Assembly (NCBI GenBank): GCA_965203175.1
Contig: OZ241867.1
Coordinates: forward strand, 3,552,001 to 3,616,000
DNA: 64,000 bases
Reading direction: 5' to 3'
Source: Candidatus Latescibacterota bacterium
GTDB lineage: Bacteria > Latescibacterota > UBA2968 > UBA8231
The notes beneath the pieces were generated by a model. It had not been told where the DNA came from, searched no databases, and saw only the letters and a program-made list of their open reading frames with translations. Positions 1-9,722 of this stretch are shown piece by piece. The position numbers and the translations under genes were made by a program. How positions within the stretch are numbered: position 1 is the first letter of the stretch; each line of letters opens with the position of its first letter.

Positions 1-123
1 ACCTGATGGGTTACCATGTGTGTCTGGACGTCATAATTTTCGGGTAGGACTGGTGGTGATGGCAAGGTGGATTCCTCGTTGAAGTTGTGGGAAAAGTAGA
101 GTTTCAATAGGAGGAAGATAAAA

Positions 124-1512
124 GTGAGTGTAAAAAAAAGTGATTTGCTGATCGGGGGCCAAATGTGTCCCCCTGCATCTGGACGCTACTATCCCCTGTA
201 TAGCCCTGTGGACGGCACATTAGTCGCCGAAGTCGCCGATGCCAGTCGGGCCGACGTGGATCGGGCCGCTGCTGCTGCGCGCGAAGCATTTTATAGAGAG
301 TGGAAGTTCTGCGGCATTGAGCACAAGCGCGCTTTATTCGCCAAACTGAAAGAGGTGCTCTATGCCATGGCCGACGAACTGGTGGCAGCCAAGGTCCAGC
401 CCCAGGGAGGGCCAGGCATCCCGCCGCTGGTAGAGCGCGTCATCGACTACTACGTGGGTAAACTAGACGATGGGGCGGGCGCGCTTATTGAGCACGGCGA
501 CCAAGGCACTAATTACGTATATAGGGAACCGCTGGGCGTCGTTGCGATTTTTGCCCCCTTCAATGGGCCGATGCTGGCTTCTCTTTTATCGGCCTTGCCG
601 GCACTGGTAGCCGGCAATACGGTCGTGCTTAAAGCACCCGACCAAGAAGCACCACAGGCGCTCAAGACTATGCAGGCATTCCACGAAGCCGGGTTTCCTG
701 CCGGCGTGGTCAACGCGCTCAGCGGCAAGGGGTCCGAGGTGGGTCAGGCGCTCGTCGCGCACCCAGGTACGCGTCTGATCAGTTTTACCGGCAGCACGGC
801 GACGGGTAAAAAGATCATGGCCGCGGCCGCCGCAGATCTCAAGCGAGTGCAGCTAAATCTGGGCAACAAAACAGCGCAGATCGTCTTGCCCGACGCCGAC
901 TTGGAAGCAGCGGCGGCGGCGACCGTGGGATCGGCCTTCCCCGGGCAGGCGTGCTCGGCAATAAGTCGGGTTTTGCTGCACGAATCGCTGCGCGACGAAT
1001 TTATCGCTCTATTAAAAGAAAAGGCGCAGGCCGCAGGGCCCAGCATGTTGATTGACCAGGCGGCGGTAGAGCGCGTGGAGCGCTACGTCGAGATGGGCAA
1101 AGCACAAGGGTCTCTGCTGTTTGGTGGCGCACGTCCGCCGGGAGATGATTACGCCAAGGGTTGCTATTTTGAGCCCACGGCTTTTGCCTTTGCAGATCAG
1201 TCCGGTCCGATTTGCCGCGACGAAATTTTCGGGCCGGTTGTATCCGTGCTGACGTTTGCTAGCGACGACGAGGCGCTAGCGTTGGCCAACGATACGGACT
1301 ACGGACTGCTCGTTTCGCTCTGGACCCGAGAGGCTGAGCGACAGCGGTACTTTGTGCGGCGATTGGAAGTGGGGATTGTGGCCATTAATAGTGCCAGTAT
1401 GCTGAGCCATCGCACACCTTGGGGCGGTTTTAAGCAGAGCGGCATTGGTCGGCGCTACGGCGAGATGGGTCTGGAGCCTTTTTTTGAATGCAAGACGGTG
1501 TGGATTTCTTGA
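124..1512 (+). CDS. Aldehyde dehydrogenase family protein (non-canonical general-base position)
   Basis: Motifs PFNGP, FTGSTATG, GQACSA (catalytic Cys), EIFGP, PWGGFKQSG; SD AGGAGG before GTG. Confidence 0.9.
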   Translation: MSVKKSDLLIGGQMCPPASGRYYPLYSPVDGTLVAEVADASRADVDRAAAAAREAFYREWKFCGIEHKRALFAKLKEVLYAMADELVAAKVQPQGGPGIPPLVERVIDYYVGKLDDGAGALIEHGDQGTNYVYREPLGVVAIFAPFNGPMLASLLSALPALVAGNTVVLKAPDQEAPQALKTMQAFHEAGFPAGVVNALSGKGSEVGQALVAHPGTRLISFTGSTATGKKIMAAAAADLKRVQLNLGNKTAQIVLPDADLEAAAAATVGSAFPGQACSAISRVLLHESLRDEFIALLKEKAQAAGPSMLIDQAAVERVERYVEMGKAQGSLLFGGARPPGDDYAKGCYFEPTAFAFADQSGPICRDEIFGPVVSVLTFASDDEALALANDTDYGLLVSLWTREAERQRYFVRRLEVGIVAINSASMLSHRTPWGGFKQSGIGRRYGEMGLEPFFECKTVWIS

Positions 1513-1591
1513 AAGAGGCGAGTTGAATCAGCAAACCTTGTGCAATTGCAGTCCCAGAGCGACGCCTTCCCGCGCCGCCTAAACTCAAATC

Positions 1592-2377
1592 ATGGGAATT
1601 CTAATGTCCCACCCTGATCTCAAAACCACCTTCAATACCGTTGCCTCGCTCTATGACGAAGTGAGGCCCGGATACCCTGATGAGCTTGTCGAGGATGTCT
1701 TGGATCTTTCCGGAATGGATAGAAGCGGAAAAATCCTAGAAGTCGGATGTGGAACCGGACAGGCTTCGAGATTATTTGCCACCCTCGGTTGCGAAATGAC
1801 CTGTTTGGATATTGGCCAAGAGTTGATCGAGGTTGCGAGGGCCCGACTCAACAACTACAAGAACGTCTGCTTCGTCCTGTGTCCTTTCGAAGATTGGGAC
1901 TCGGCTAGCAAGTTTGACCTTGTGATTTCTGCGCCTGCATTCCGCTGGGTGAGTCCAAGAGTCAGATTCATCAGAGCCCGTGACGCCCTGAAGGCTAGGG
2001 GATCATTGGCCATCTTCTCCAACCAACACGTAAGAAAAGACGAAGGTTTCTTTGCAGAAGTCCAAGAAGTTTATAGCAAGCATTATGTAGTTTCAGATTC
2101 CCCTCGGGATCCCAGTACTCCGACTGCATTAGAGTCTCCAGAACCCGGAACTGCCGCTTTTGCCGATCCTATCCACCGAGTGTACGCGTGGACAGCGAAC
2201 TATTCTGCGGAACAGTACATCAAACTCATTGGCACCTATTCCGACCACATCGCGCTGCCCGAATACAATCGCATGCACCTATTTGACGGTATCGCTGACC
2301 TAATAAACAAGAACTACGGAGGATCGATTGCCAAGCACTACGAAACTGCTTTAGCCTTTCGCAGGAAGAAAGCCTGA
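1592..2377 (+). CDS. Class I SAM-dependent methyltransferase
   Basis: YDEVRPGYP and ILEVGCGTG motifs; start may be ATG 1604. Confidence 0.85.
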   Translation: MGILMSHPDLKTTFNTVASLYDEVRPGYPDELVEDVLDLSGMDRSGKILEVGCGTGQASRLFATLGCEMTCLDIGQELIEVARARLNNYKNVCFVLCPFEDWDSASKFDLVISAPAFRWVSPRVRFIRARDALKARGSLAIFSNQHVRKDEGFFAEVQEVYSKHYVVSDSPRDPSTPTALESPEPGTAAFADPIHRVYAWTANYSAEQYIKLIGTYSDHIALPEYNRMHLFDGIADLINKNYGGSIAKHYETALAFRRKKA

Positions 2378-2414
2378 TTGAAGCCAGATGGGAGCATTTC
2401 GGGAGTTGATTTGA

Positions 2415-3395
2415 GTGGATAAGAGATCCCTGCAAACTCTAGCAAAAGACGAAAGAACAGCAGCATTGCACGAGCTTGCCGAAGCCAGTCTTGCTGACTT
2501 CGATTTGACAAGAGGCTCGCTCACGTTGCTGCAGGACTTGGTGAATAGCTCGTTCCGGGTTCAACATGACAGTCGACAGTGGTATCTTCGTATTTACAAT
2601 CCCGACCGGCATAATACATCAGCTATCGAGTCTGAACTCTTATTCTTGGAAGCACTCACCAAAGGTGGCTTTCCAGCGCCGCGGCCGTTGCGTAAGCGCA
2701 GTGATGGGATGCTTTGGGTGGCGTTACAGAGCCCGGTTGTAGACGCAATTCGAATATCAGTATGCTCTTGGCTCCCGGGTGAGATATTGCAGCATGACAG
2801 GACACCACGGCACTATGCCAACTTAGGAACCGTATTAGCAGGACTTCACGAGTTCTCCGCCAAATGGAATCTACCCGAAGGGTTCGTACGTCCCCGTTGC
2901 GATAGTGAAGGTGTATACGGCGAGCACGGTGCTTCAGGATCGCAAGTCATGCGAGGCTGGGACAACATTGACCGTCCTCTGCGCTCGGACCTCGAAGATG
3001 CGAAGAGAGCACTTGAACAGGCCGAGAGCGCTATTGGAACGGATTGCGGTCGCTACGGTTTGATCCACGGTGATCCTAGCTTCGGCAACGTCCTGTTTGA
3101 TGGCGAAATATTATACCTGATTGATTTCGATGATTTCGGGTACGGCTACTATGTCTTCGATCTCGCAGTTGGTCTTGCTGGCGCTTGGGGCAAGCCTGAT
3201 TTCGAAGAGAATCGCGCGGCTTTGTTCGAAGGATATGGGCAAATACGAGAACTGTCGCAGGCAGAAATGGGAGCAGTGCCCGCAGCCATGGCAGCGCGAG
3301 CGGCATCACTCATTTTCTGGGCTGCGGCTCAGTCATCGCAGCATCCATGGATTGAAGGGCAGTGGCAACGCCTCCAGGAATACATGGAATCGTGA
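2415..3395 (+). CDS. APH/choline-kinase-like phosphotransferase
   Basis: LIHGDPSFGN and LIDFDD kinase motifs. Confidence 0.85.
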   Translation: MDKRSLQTLAKDERTAALHELAEASLADFDLTRGSLTLLQDLVNSSFRVQHDSRQWYLRIYNPDRHNTSAIESELLFLEALTKGGFPAPRPLRKRSDGMLWVALQSPVVDAIRISVCSWLPGEILQHDRTPRHYANLGTVLAGLHEFSAKWNLPEGFVRPRCDSEGVYGEHGASGSQVMRGWDNIDRPLRSDLEDAKRALEQAESAIGTDCGRYGLIHGDPSFGNVLFDGEILYLIDFDDFGYGYYVFDLAVGLAGAWGKPDFEENRAALFEGYGQIRELSQAEMGAVPAAMAARAASLIFWAAAQSSQHPWIEGQWQRLQEYMES

Positions 3396-3776
3396 TCGAA
3401 GGAAGGCATTAAAAAGCCAGACGCATTGCAGGCTCAAAGGAGAATGCTATGACTAAGTCCCGTCTCGACGAGTGCGGATGGACCAGCTTTAGAGCCGAAC
3501 TCTTCTTAGTTGAAAAAGACGAGCCACCCGGCTGAATCTTATACCATAAGGAGGCCCAGAATGACGCAGCATGGTGAATTCGGTCTATCGACCATAGGGC
3601 AAATCTCTGTCACCGTGAAGGACCTCGACAGGGCAGTTACCTTCTACCGCGATCAACTGGGAATGCAGCTCCTGTTTCGGGTGCCGAACATGGCGTTCTT
3701 TGATTGCTCAGGCGTACGCCTTATGTTGAGTATTCCGGAGGAGCAGTCTGACGATATCCACTCTTCTATTCTGTAT

Positions 3777-4936
3777 GGCGTTGTTGCATGAATCATATCT
3801 GGGGCATCATTGTCGAATGTTGTTTTTTGTTCAGTTGATTTTTTCTACTCGATACGACTGGGGTTTGCCCACATGGATCATTCGATTGAGGAGGGCACAG
3901 CCGAGGCGACTTTCGACCTGTTGGTTGATCCAGCTACGCGCCTTCAGCTTGTCGCCGATGAGGTGCTTATAGCGATAGATTTGCGTTTCGGCCAACGAGC
4001 GTCGATGATAGCCACTGGCCTGTTTCCACTCCTTGCGTCCCTTTCGTCGTATGGCCCGCAGGATTTCATCGCGCGCCAACGGGGGGACCTTACAATTACC
4101 ATGCTGATGGATTGTAGCGTCTTTGCGCAGTGCGATGATCGGCCGAATCGAGGGATCACTCCGCGTGGCCAAGGCGTCGAACACCTTCTGTTTGTCATAG
4201 GCCCCATCGCCGCCTACCGCCTCCACCGCCTCGTCGACTTGGGTCAACAGAGGGGCCACCTGCGAGGCATCATCGATCCGATGGGACGTCAACGTCTGCG
4301 CGACCACCTCGCCGGTGGCCTCGTTGACCCCCACATGCAGTTTGCGCCACGTGCGCCGTTTGGTCCAGCCGTGTTGACGGACTTTCCTCTCGCCCTCGCC
4401 ATAGACTTTCAAACCCGTCGAATCCACTACCAAGTGCATCGGGCTAGCCGGGCTATCGGGCTGCTTTTTCGGCAACTCCACCGCCAAGGCCCCTTGGCGA
4501 CGCGACAAGGTCGAGTAGTCCGGCACGGCCAAGGCCAACCCCATCAAGTCCAACAGCGATTGGATAAACCCCTGCGTCTGGCGCAACGGCAACCCAAGCA
4601 ACACCCGCATCGTCAACATCCATTCAATCGCTGGATCCGAATAGACAAACTGAGCACCCCGTTGCGATGGCCCCTGAGCATACCATTGCTTCCACAGACC
4701 ATCGTCCAGCCACACCGTCAGGCTACCACGAGCCACCAACGCCCGATTATACGACGACCAATTCTTAACCCGATACACCGGTTGCGACTTGACCGAGGGC
4801 GAACTGCCAGATACTTTGCTCATCACAGGCTCTTTGGGAAGAAAGGAACGTGTTTCTTGCTGGAAACCACGAACCAATCTAACCGAAGAGCCTGACTCAT
4901 TTCAAGACCCGAACACAGCTTTCATGCAACAACGCC
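3777..4936 (-). mobile_element. IS5 family (IS903-group) insertion sequence, copy 1
   Basis: 16-bp terminal inverted repeats GGCGTTGTTGCATGAA; 9-bp target duplication ATTCTGTAT at 3768-3776 and 4937-4945. Confidence 0.95.
3831..4823 (-). CDS. IS5 family transposase
   Basis: NWSSYNRALVARGSL, VVDSTGLK, WRKLH, DGAYD, YHRRSLAET (IS903-type DDE motifs). Confidence 0.95.
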   Translation of the reverse strand: MSKVSGSSPSVKSQPVYRVKNWSSYNRALVARGSLTVWLDDGLWKQWYAQGPSQRGAQFVYSDPAIEWMLTMRVLLGLPLRQTQGFIQSLLDLMGLALAVPDYSTLSRRQGALAVELPKKQPDSPASPMHLVVDSTGLKVYGEGERKVRQHGWTKRRTWRKLHVGVNEATGEVVAQTLTSHRIDDASQVAPLLTQVDEAVEAVGGDGAYDKQKVFDALATRSDPSIRPIIALRKDATIHQHGNCKVPPLARDEILRAIRRKGRKEWKQASGYHRRSLAETQIYRYKHLIGDKLKARSWINQQVESRLGCALLNRMIHVGKPQSYRVEKIN

Positions 4937-5228
4937 ATTCTGTATTACAGAGTTGATGACATTCATGACGCCTACCGGGTTTTGAAGGATAGGAACGTGC
5001 CGTTCGATGGAGAGCCTCACAAGATTGCTGATCTTCAAGACCACGAGTTATGGATGGCGTTTTTTCGAGATAGCGAGATGAACATCCTTGCGCTCATGGC
5101 TGAGAGGCCCCACGACGAATAGCCTCAGGTTCGTTCCCACTGCGGATAACAACGGTTAGGAACGGAAACGACCATAAGGAAGGGGGCAAAGGGGTATTTA
5201 TAGATACATAGTTTCAATAATATCTATT

Positions 5229-6410
5229 TTGTGCTTCACCAGCGGCGTTATGTCCGATGCTCTCAAGATTGGCTTTTGGGAAAAGCAGCGTAAGGGAGCT
5301 AATCAGCAAAACGAGCGACATCGTCCTGAGTGGTACAGAGCGGCAGGTGAACTGGGACTGGATTATGTTCGGATTTTACCCGATGCATGGCCCGCCGATA
5401 ATAGAGACTTCCTAATCGGCAACGCCGATAATTTCGCAGCAATCAATGAGACCGATCTAGCCCTGTTGATAGAAGCACTCAATGAAGCTGAGAGCAATGG
5501 TATCAAAGTTGTCCTTGCGATGGCCAGCTTGCCTGGCGCACGCTGGAAGCAGTTGAATGAGAACCAAGATGATGGCCGACTCTGGCGCGACGAAAGCTAC
5601 CATGAGCAAGCCTTCAATTTCTGGCGTCAGTTAGCAATGCGTTTGAAAAAGCATCCTGCAATCGTAGCTTACAATCCTCTTAATGAACCACATCCAGAGA
5701 AGGTATTCGGTTTTGAAGAACCGGACGAGAATTTCAGCCAATGGTTTCAGGGCATCCAGAATACGCCAGCTGACCTCAACCGATTTAACCAGCGGATGGT
5801 CGAATCCATCCGTTCAGTAGACGCAGATACACCCATCATGCTCGATGGCTGGTTCTATGCCGCTCCTCAAGCGTTCGACTTCAATCGTCCTGTAGATGAT
5901 GACAAAGTATTGTACGCTTTTCACAACCCCGGGCCGTGGCAGATGGTGACTTATAGAGTCAATAAGGGCCGGTACGCCTATCCAGACCGAGTTCCGAAGT
6001 GGTGGAACGGTCCTGTAGAGTCGTGGACTATCGATCGTCTTGCGGAGGAGACCAACGCGGTGCAGCGGTTTGCTGAGCGATATGAGATACCTTCTCACCG
6101 AATCATAGCTTCAGAATTCTGGTACGACCGCCGGCTCGAAGGCGCTGCAGCCTACCTGAGCGACCTAATAGAAATCTATAACAGCCGAGGTTGGCATTGG
6201 GCGTTTTACGCCTTTCGCGGTGGTGGATCATGGACGGGGTTAGATTATGAGATTGCACCGGATCACAAGATGGATTGGCATTATTGGCAAGCTGTCGAAC
6301 AGGGCAAAGACCCCGAGCAATTCAAGCCACGAGGAATGAACCCCTTGTGGAAAATACTACAACGCCAGTTTCGCAAAAACAGTAAGAGTCATGACGTCAT
6401 TCCCCCGTGA
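5229..6410 (+). CDS. Glycoside hydrolase family 5 (cellulase-type) protein
   Basis: YNPLNEP acid/base, AFH, IASEF nucleophile, HWAFY; exact start uncertain. Confidence 0.8.
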   Translation: MCFTSGVMSDALKIGFWEKQRKGANQQNERHRPEWYRAAGELGLDYVRILPDAWPADNRDFLIGNADNFAAINETDLALLIEALNEAESNGIKVVLAMASLPGARWKQLNENQDDGRLWRDESYHEQAFNFWRQLAMRLKKHPAIVAYNPLNEPHPEKVFGFEEPDENFSQWFQGIQNTPADLNRFNQRMVESIRSVDADTPIMLDGWFYAAPQAFDFNRPVDDDKVLYAFHNPGPWQMVTYRVNKGRYAYPDRVPKWWNGPVESWTIDRLAEETNAVQRFAERYEIPSHRIIASEFWYDRRLEGAAAYLSDLIEIYNSRGWHWAFYAFRGGGSWTGLDYEIAPDHKMDWHYWQAVEQGKDPEQFKPRGMNPLWKILQRQFRKNSKSHDVIPP

Positions 6411-7404
6411 TCGAGAATCTACGTCACCGATGGTGACGACTGAGGAAGCTTCAGACATTCTCTGGAAGTACTGGGGTATCGCAGCCGTTCAAGTAGAAAC
6501 GCCTACTTCCAGAAACGTCCATTTTGTGCGCAGCGCGCAAGGAGATTCTGTTCTGCGGACCAATCCGGGGTGGGATGGTCCCTCGCCGCCAGAGTTGATC
6601 GTTCGATTTGTGGACCATCTTTCATCCTCGGGAGCACCAGTTCCCAAGATTGTGCCAACTCTTAACGGCGAATTCTCAGTTCCATATCGGGACTATACAG
6701 TCTCCTTGGAGAGCCTGCTTCTAGGCCAACCGCTAGATTCTCGCCATCTCGACTATCTGAAGAAGGCGGGCAAGGTTCTTGCGAGCATTCACAATGCTGC
6801 CGGCTTATTTCAGGAACAGCCAGTGCGCGAGCGATCGGTCCGTCGCTGGGCGCAAGATCGGCTTTCCAGCGCGCTCGATCGGCTTGATGCGGAAATCGCA
6901 CAGCCAGTGCACGAATTAGTGCAACTGCTGGAAAGCAGCCATGCAACGGCTCTTGACGCAAGCGTCCCTTGGATCTTTTGCCATCGGGATGTTCGTGCGG
7001 GTAATGTGATCGGGGCCGGCACTGGCAGTGTCGCGTTCACGGATTTCAGCGGCGGGGAGTTTTCTCCATCTTTGGTGGATCTTGTCATGACGCGTCATCA
7101 GTGGTTAATGGGGGATTTTATGGGTAAATCTAGACCGCTGAATGTTTCGGAGGCGAGAGAGATATTGCTTGGCTATCACGAGGGGAGGGCTCTATCTCCG
7201 TCGGAAATAAGAGCGTTTCCGGTGGTTTGGGCAGCCTACTATGCAGATAGACTCAGCTTTCTTTACCGCAAGTGGGGTTCTAAAGTCACAGGTCCTCCAT
7301 TCTCGAATTTTGATATCCACGGTGAGTTGATGCTCCTACCACATCGAGGAATCGAGATGGGAGACGAATTGCTGGAGAGTGCTGGGATCTCCCACAGCCT
7401 ATGA
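6391..7404 (+). CDS. Phosphotransferase enzyme family protein
   Basis: CHRDVRAGN and TDFS motifs. Confidence 0.75.
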   Translation: MTSFPRDRESTSPMVTTEEASDILWKYWGIAAVQVETPTSRNVHFVRSAQGDSVLRTNPGWDGPSPPELIVRFVDHLSSSGAPVPKIVPTLNGEFSVPYRDYTVSLESLLLGQPLDSRHLDYLKKAGKVLASIHNAAGLFQEQPVRERSVRRWAQDRLSSALDRLDAEIAQPVHELVQLLESSHATALDASVPWIFCHRDVRAGNVIGAGTGSVAFTDFSGGEFSPSLVDLVMTRHQWLMGDFMGKSRPLNVSEAREILLGYHEGRALSPSEIRAFPVVWAAYYADRLSFLYRKWGSKVTGPPFSNFDIHGELMLLPHRGIEMGDELLESAGISHSL

Positions 7405-7422
7405 CACCGTATGAGGTGCTGA

Positions 7423-8250
7423 TTGGATCGAATAGCGACCTATTACAACAGAAAGAACGAGACCCAGCGTCTCTTTAGTGGCCGGGGTGAGCTAGAATTC
7501 CTCCGCACTAAACAGATCATAGAGCAGTTCCTCCCCGATGAAACTGGTTTGTCGATAGCGGATGTTGGTGGAGGATCTGGACCGTACGCGTTCTGGCTTG
7601 CCGAGAAGGGGCACAAGGTCGCCTTGTTTGATTTGATGCCGAACCATGTTGAAGAGGCCGCGTCGATCAACGAGAAAGCGCCAAATCCGCTCACTCGAAT
7701 CGAGACTGCCGATGTGCGATCCCTTGAACTAGAGTCTCAGCAGTATGATGTAGTCCTACTTTTGGGACCCATGTACCATCTCACCGATGCAAACGAGCGC
7801 AGTCTAGTGCTGCGGAAAGTCGCCGATTGGCTTTCTCCCAACGGTGTCGGATATGTAGCATATATTTCGAGGTTTGCGTCGATGTTGGATGGTTTCATAA
7901 GTGGCTTATTTGAGGATCCGGAATATCTGGATATTGCGCGGCAAGACTTAGAAACAGGTGTCCACCGTCCCAACAAGGACAATACCAAATACTTTACTGA
8001 TGCCTATCTTCATCACCCGGATGAGATCGAACGGGAAGCTGAGGAGGCACATTTACAGATCGTGGACCACGTCGCCATTGAGGGTGTGGAGTGGTTATGG
8101 CAGAATTTTGATCAAATTTGGTCGGATCCGCGACAACGGACTATCATGCTCGAGATGATAGACCGAACCGATCGAGATCGCTCTATGTTGGGTGCGAGTG
8201 GCCATATTCTTCTTGTTGTGAAGAGAGGACCAATCATCGATGGAAACTGA
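7423..8250 (+). CDS. Class I SAM-dependent methyltransferase
   Basis: IADVGGGSG, LLLGPMYHL. Confidence 0.85.
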   Translation: MDRIATYYNRKNETQRLFSGRGELEFLRTKQIIEQFLPDETGLSIADVGGGSGPYAFWLAEKGHKVALFDLMPNHVEEAASINEKAPNPLTRIETADVRSLELESQQYDVVLLLGPMYHLTDANERSLVLRKVADWLSPNGVGYVAYISRFASMLDGFISGLFEDPEYLDIARQDLETGVHRPNKDNTKYFTDAYLHHPDEIEREAEEAHLQIVDHVAIEGVEWLWQNFDQIWSDPRQRTIMLEMIDRTDRDRSMLGASGHILLVVKRGPIIDGN

Positions 8251-8620
8251 ACTTACTGCCGAAGATCGGCAACTCCTGCAGCACCTAGAAGAAGAACTGT
8301 GGCGAGCGGAAACGCGTTTCGACTTATCGAGAATGGAGGAAGTCATCGCCGAGGACTTCTTCGAGTTTGGCAGGTCTGGGCGTATCTACCAGCGCGCCGA
8401 CACGCTTGCGGTACCTTCAACGCCCATAGAAGCGGTGATTCCACTTCCAGACTTTGAGGCGCGTCTTCTTTGTGAAGGTGTCGCACAGGTAACGTACAAT
8501 AGTGTTGTCACCTATGGCGAAAATATCGAGGAGGCACGAAGGAGCTCAATCTGGACGCGATCGTCTGGTGGTTGGAAGCTGAGGTTCCATCAAGGGACCC
8601 CATTTTCGAGTGACGATTGA
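8240..8620 (+). CDS. DUF4440 / NTF2-like protein
   Basis: DFFEFGRSG ... RRSSIW ... WKLRFHQGT. Confidence 0.85.
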   Translation: METELTAEDRQLLQHLEEELWRAETRFDLSRMEEVIAEDFFEFGRSGRIYQRADTLAVPSTPIEAVIPLPDFEARLLCEGVAQVTYNSVVTYGENIEEARRSSIWTRSSGGWKLRFHQGTPFSSDD

Positions 8621-8650
8621 GCGGGCTTCTCAATTGAAAGAGAATCGGGT

Positions 8651-8705
8651 GCAGAACCAATAGTTGATGTCAGTTCGCGGGTTCGTGGGGCCGAGAACGT
8701 TAAAT
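8651..8705 (+). other. Shortened/degenerate attC site
   Basis: GCAGAAC ... GCCGAGAAC-GTTAAAT (GTTRRRY at 8699); right half nearly identical to the attC at 12890-12983. Confidence 0.55.
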
Positions 8706-8734
8706 GAAATAGCATAGAACGAGTCTGAATGTTT

Positions 8735-9229
8735 ATGGAGCGCATCAATTTCGAACGAGTAGTTCCAACCGACCTGAACCGATTTCGTCCACTCGTTGAA
8801 GCGTACTGGCTGGAGATCATGCCACATGCAGATACGGTATGTACATCTGATGGTCGGGATTCGTATTCCGCAGATCGATTTCCCCTTTCCAACACGGAAC
8901 CAAGGGTATTTTGGGGGCTAAGCGGAGGATCCCCGGTGGGATTTATTTCATTCGCCATCTCTGGCACTAGCGCAAAGATAAACGACTTCTACGTCGTTCC
9001 TTCCAAGCGCAGGAGGGGCATTGGGACGTTCTTGGTAAAATCAGCCATAGAAATTACCGACAGCATGGGAGTTGACCGGATCGATTTAAATGTCCGGCGA
9101 GACAATCCAGCAGCTTTGAAATTCTGGGAAGCACAAGGATTTATGATTGGGCACTACGAACTGATTCAATACCGAGATCCGGAAAAGCGAATTGGATTTC
9201 GAGGAGCTCTTTCCTCTGATTTCGTGTAG
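8735..9229 (+). CDS. GNAT family N-acetyltransferase, copy 1
   Basis: FYVVPSKRRRGIG acetyl-CoA motif, NPAALKFWEAQGF. Confidence 0.9.
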   Translation: MERINFERVVPTDLNRFRPLVEAYWLEIMPHADTVCTSDGRDSYSADRFPLSNTEPRVFWGLSGGSPVGFISFAISGTSAKINDFYVVPSKRRRGIGTFLVKSAIEITDSMGVDRIDLNVRRDNPAALKFWEAQGFMIGHYELIQYRDPEKRIGFRGALSSDFV

Positions 9230-9273
9230 TTGTGACGTTTTTTTTACTGTAAAGCGTGGCGTCTCGTCGCTCT

Positions 9274-9543
9274 TTAAATCGTCGTCGCCAAAAATCCTCC
9301 GTCAACGCGGATATCCGTACCGGTGACGAAGCCGCTGGCCGCGTCCGACGCGAGGAACACCGCTGCGCCGACCAGGCCCTCGGGACGGCCAAAGCGGTCC
9401 ATAGGCGTGTGGGAGAGGATTTGTTGGCCGCGCTCGGTTGGGGTACCGTCGTCTTCAAAGGGCAAGCGGCGGTTTTGCTCGGCAGGGAAGAAGCCCGGGG
9501 TGATGGAGTTGACCCGCACGCCTTTGTCGGTCTACTCCCGCAC
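9274..9543 (-). pseudogene. 3' fragment of SDR oxidoreductase, copy 1
   Basis: GVRVNSITPGFF...TPMDRFG...FVTGTDIRVDGG; 5' two-thirds absent; in-frame TAG at 9532-9534. Confidence 0.9.
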
Positions 9544-9617
9544 TGAGATCGGACGGCCTTGTCCTCTCAGCCGCTCGTTGCGATTGCTACTATGCACCAA
9601 GAGACGTACCTTCGTTT

Positions 9618-9678
9618 CGCATAAATGGCATCTAGCGGCCGTTACCTGAACCAATTGTTCGGGTACAAGCAGTTATTG
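9618..9678 (+). other. attI-like cassette insertion site, copy 1
   Basis: CGCATAAATGGCATCTAGC, inverted repeat TACCTGAAC-N5-GTTCGGGTA, then GTT at 9672 where the HNH cassette begins. Confidence 0.6.
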
Positions 9679-9722
9679 GTAATTGGGATAAATCGGTGAT
9701 TCGATGTAGAAGGGATTTTTAT

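Larger units (their letters stand above)
3561..5122 (+). pseudogene. VOC/glyoxalase family gene interrupted by IS5-family element
   Basis: N-half 3561-3776 (IGQISVTVKDLDRAVTFYRDQLG) continues in frame after the IS and duplicated target as YRVDDIHDAY...WMAFFRDSEMNILALM to TAG 5120-5122; SD AAGGAGG. Confidence 0.9.
8674..9670 (+). repeat. ~1 kb direct repeat copy 1 (attC end, GNAT, SDR fragment, attI-like site)
   Basis: Aligns base by base with 12951-13949 (offset ~4278). Confidence 0.95.

Noticed and set aside
1-100. Possible WD40-like gene tail (GGDGKVDSSLKLWEK)
   Set aside because: Preceded by in-frame stops within the window; too short to support.
3810-4895. 361-aa plus-strand ORF (and its twin at 14410-15495)
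   Set aside because: Antisense shadow of the IS5 transposase; no recognisable motifs.
2415-7404. Aminoglycoside resistance genes
   Set aside because: Only generic APH/choline-kinase fold motifs are present; substrate cannot be inferred.
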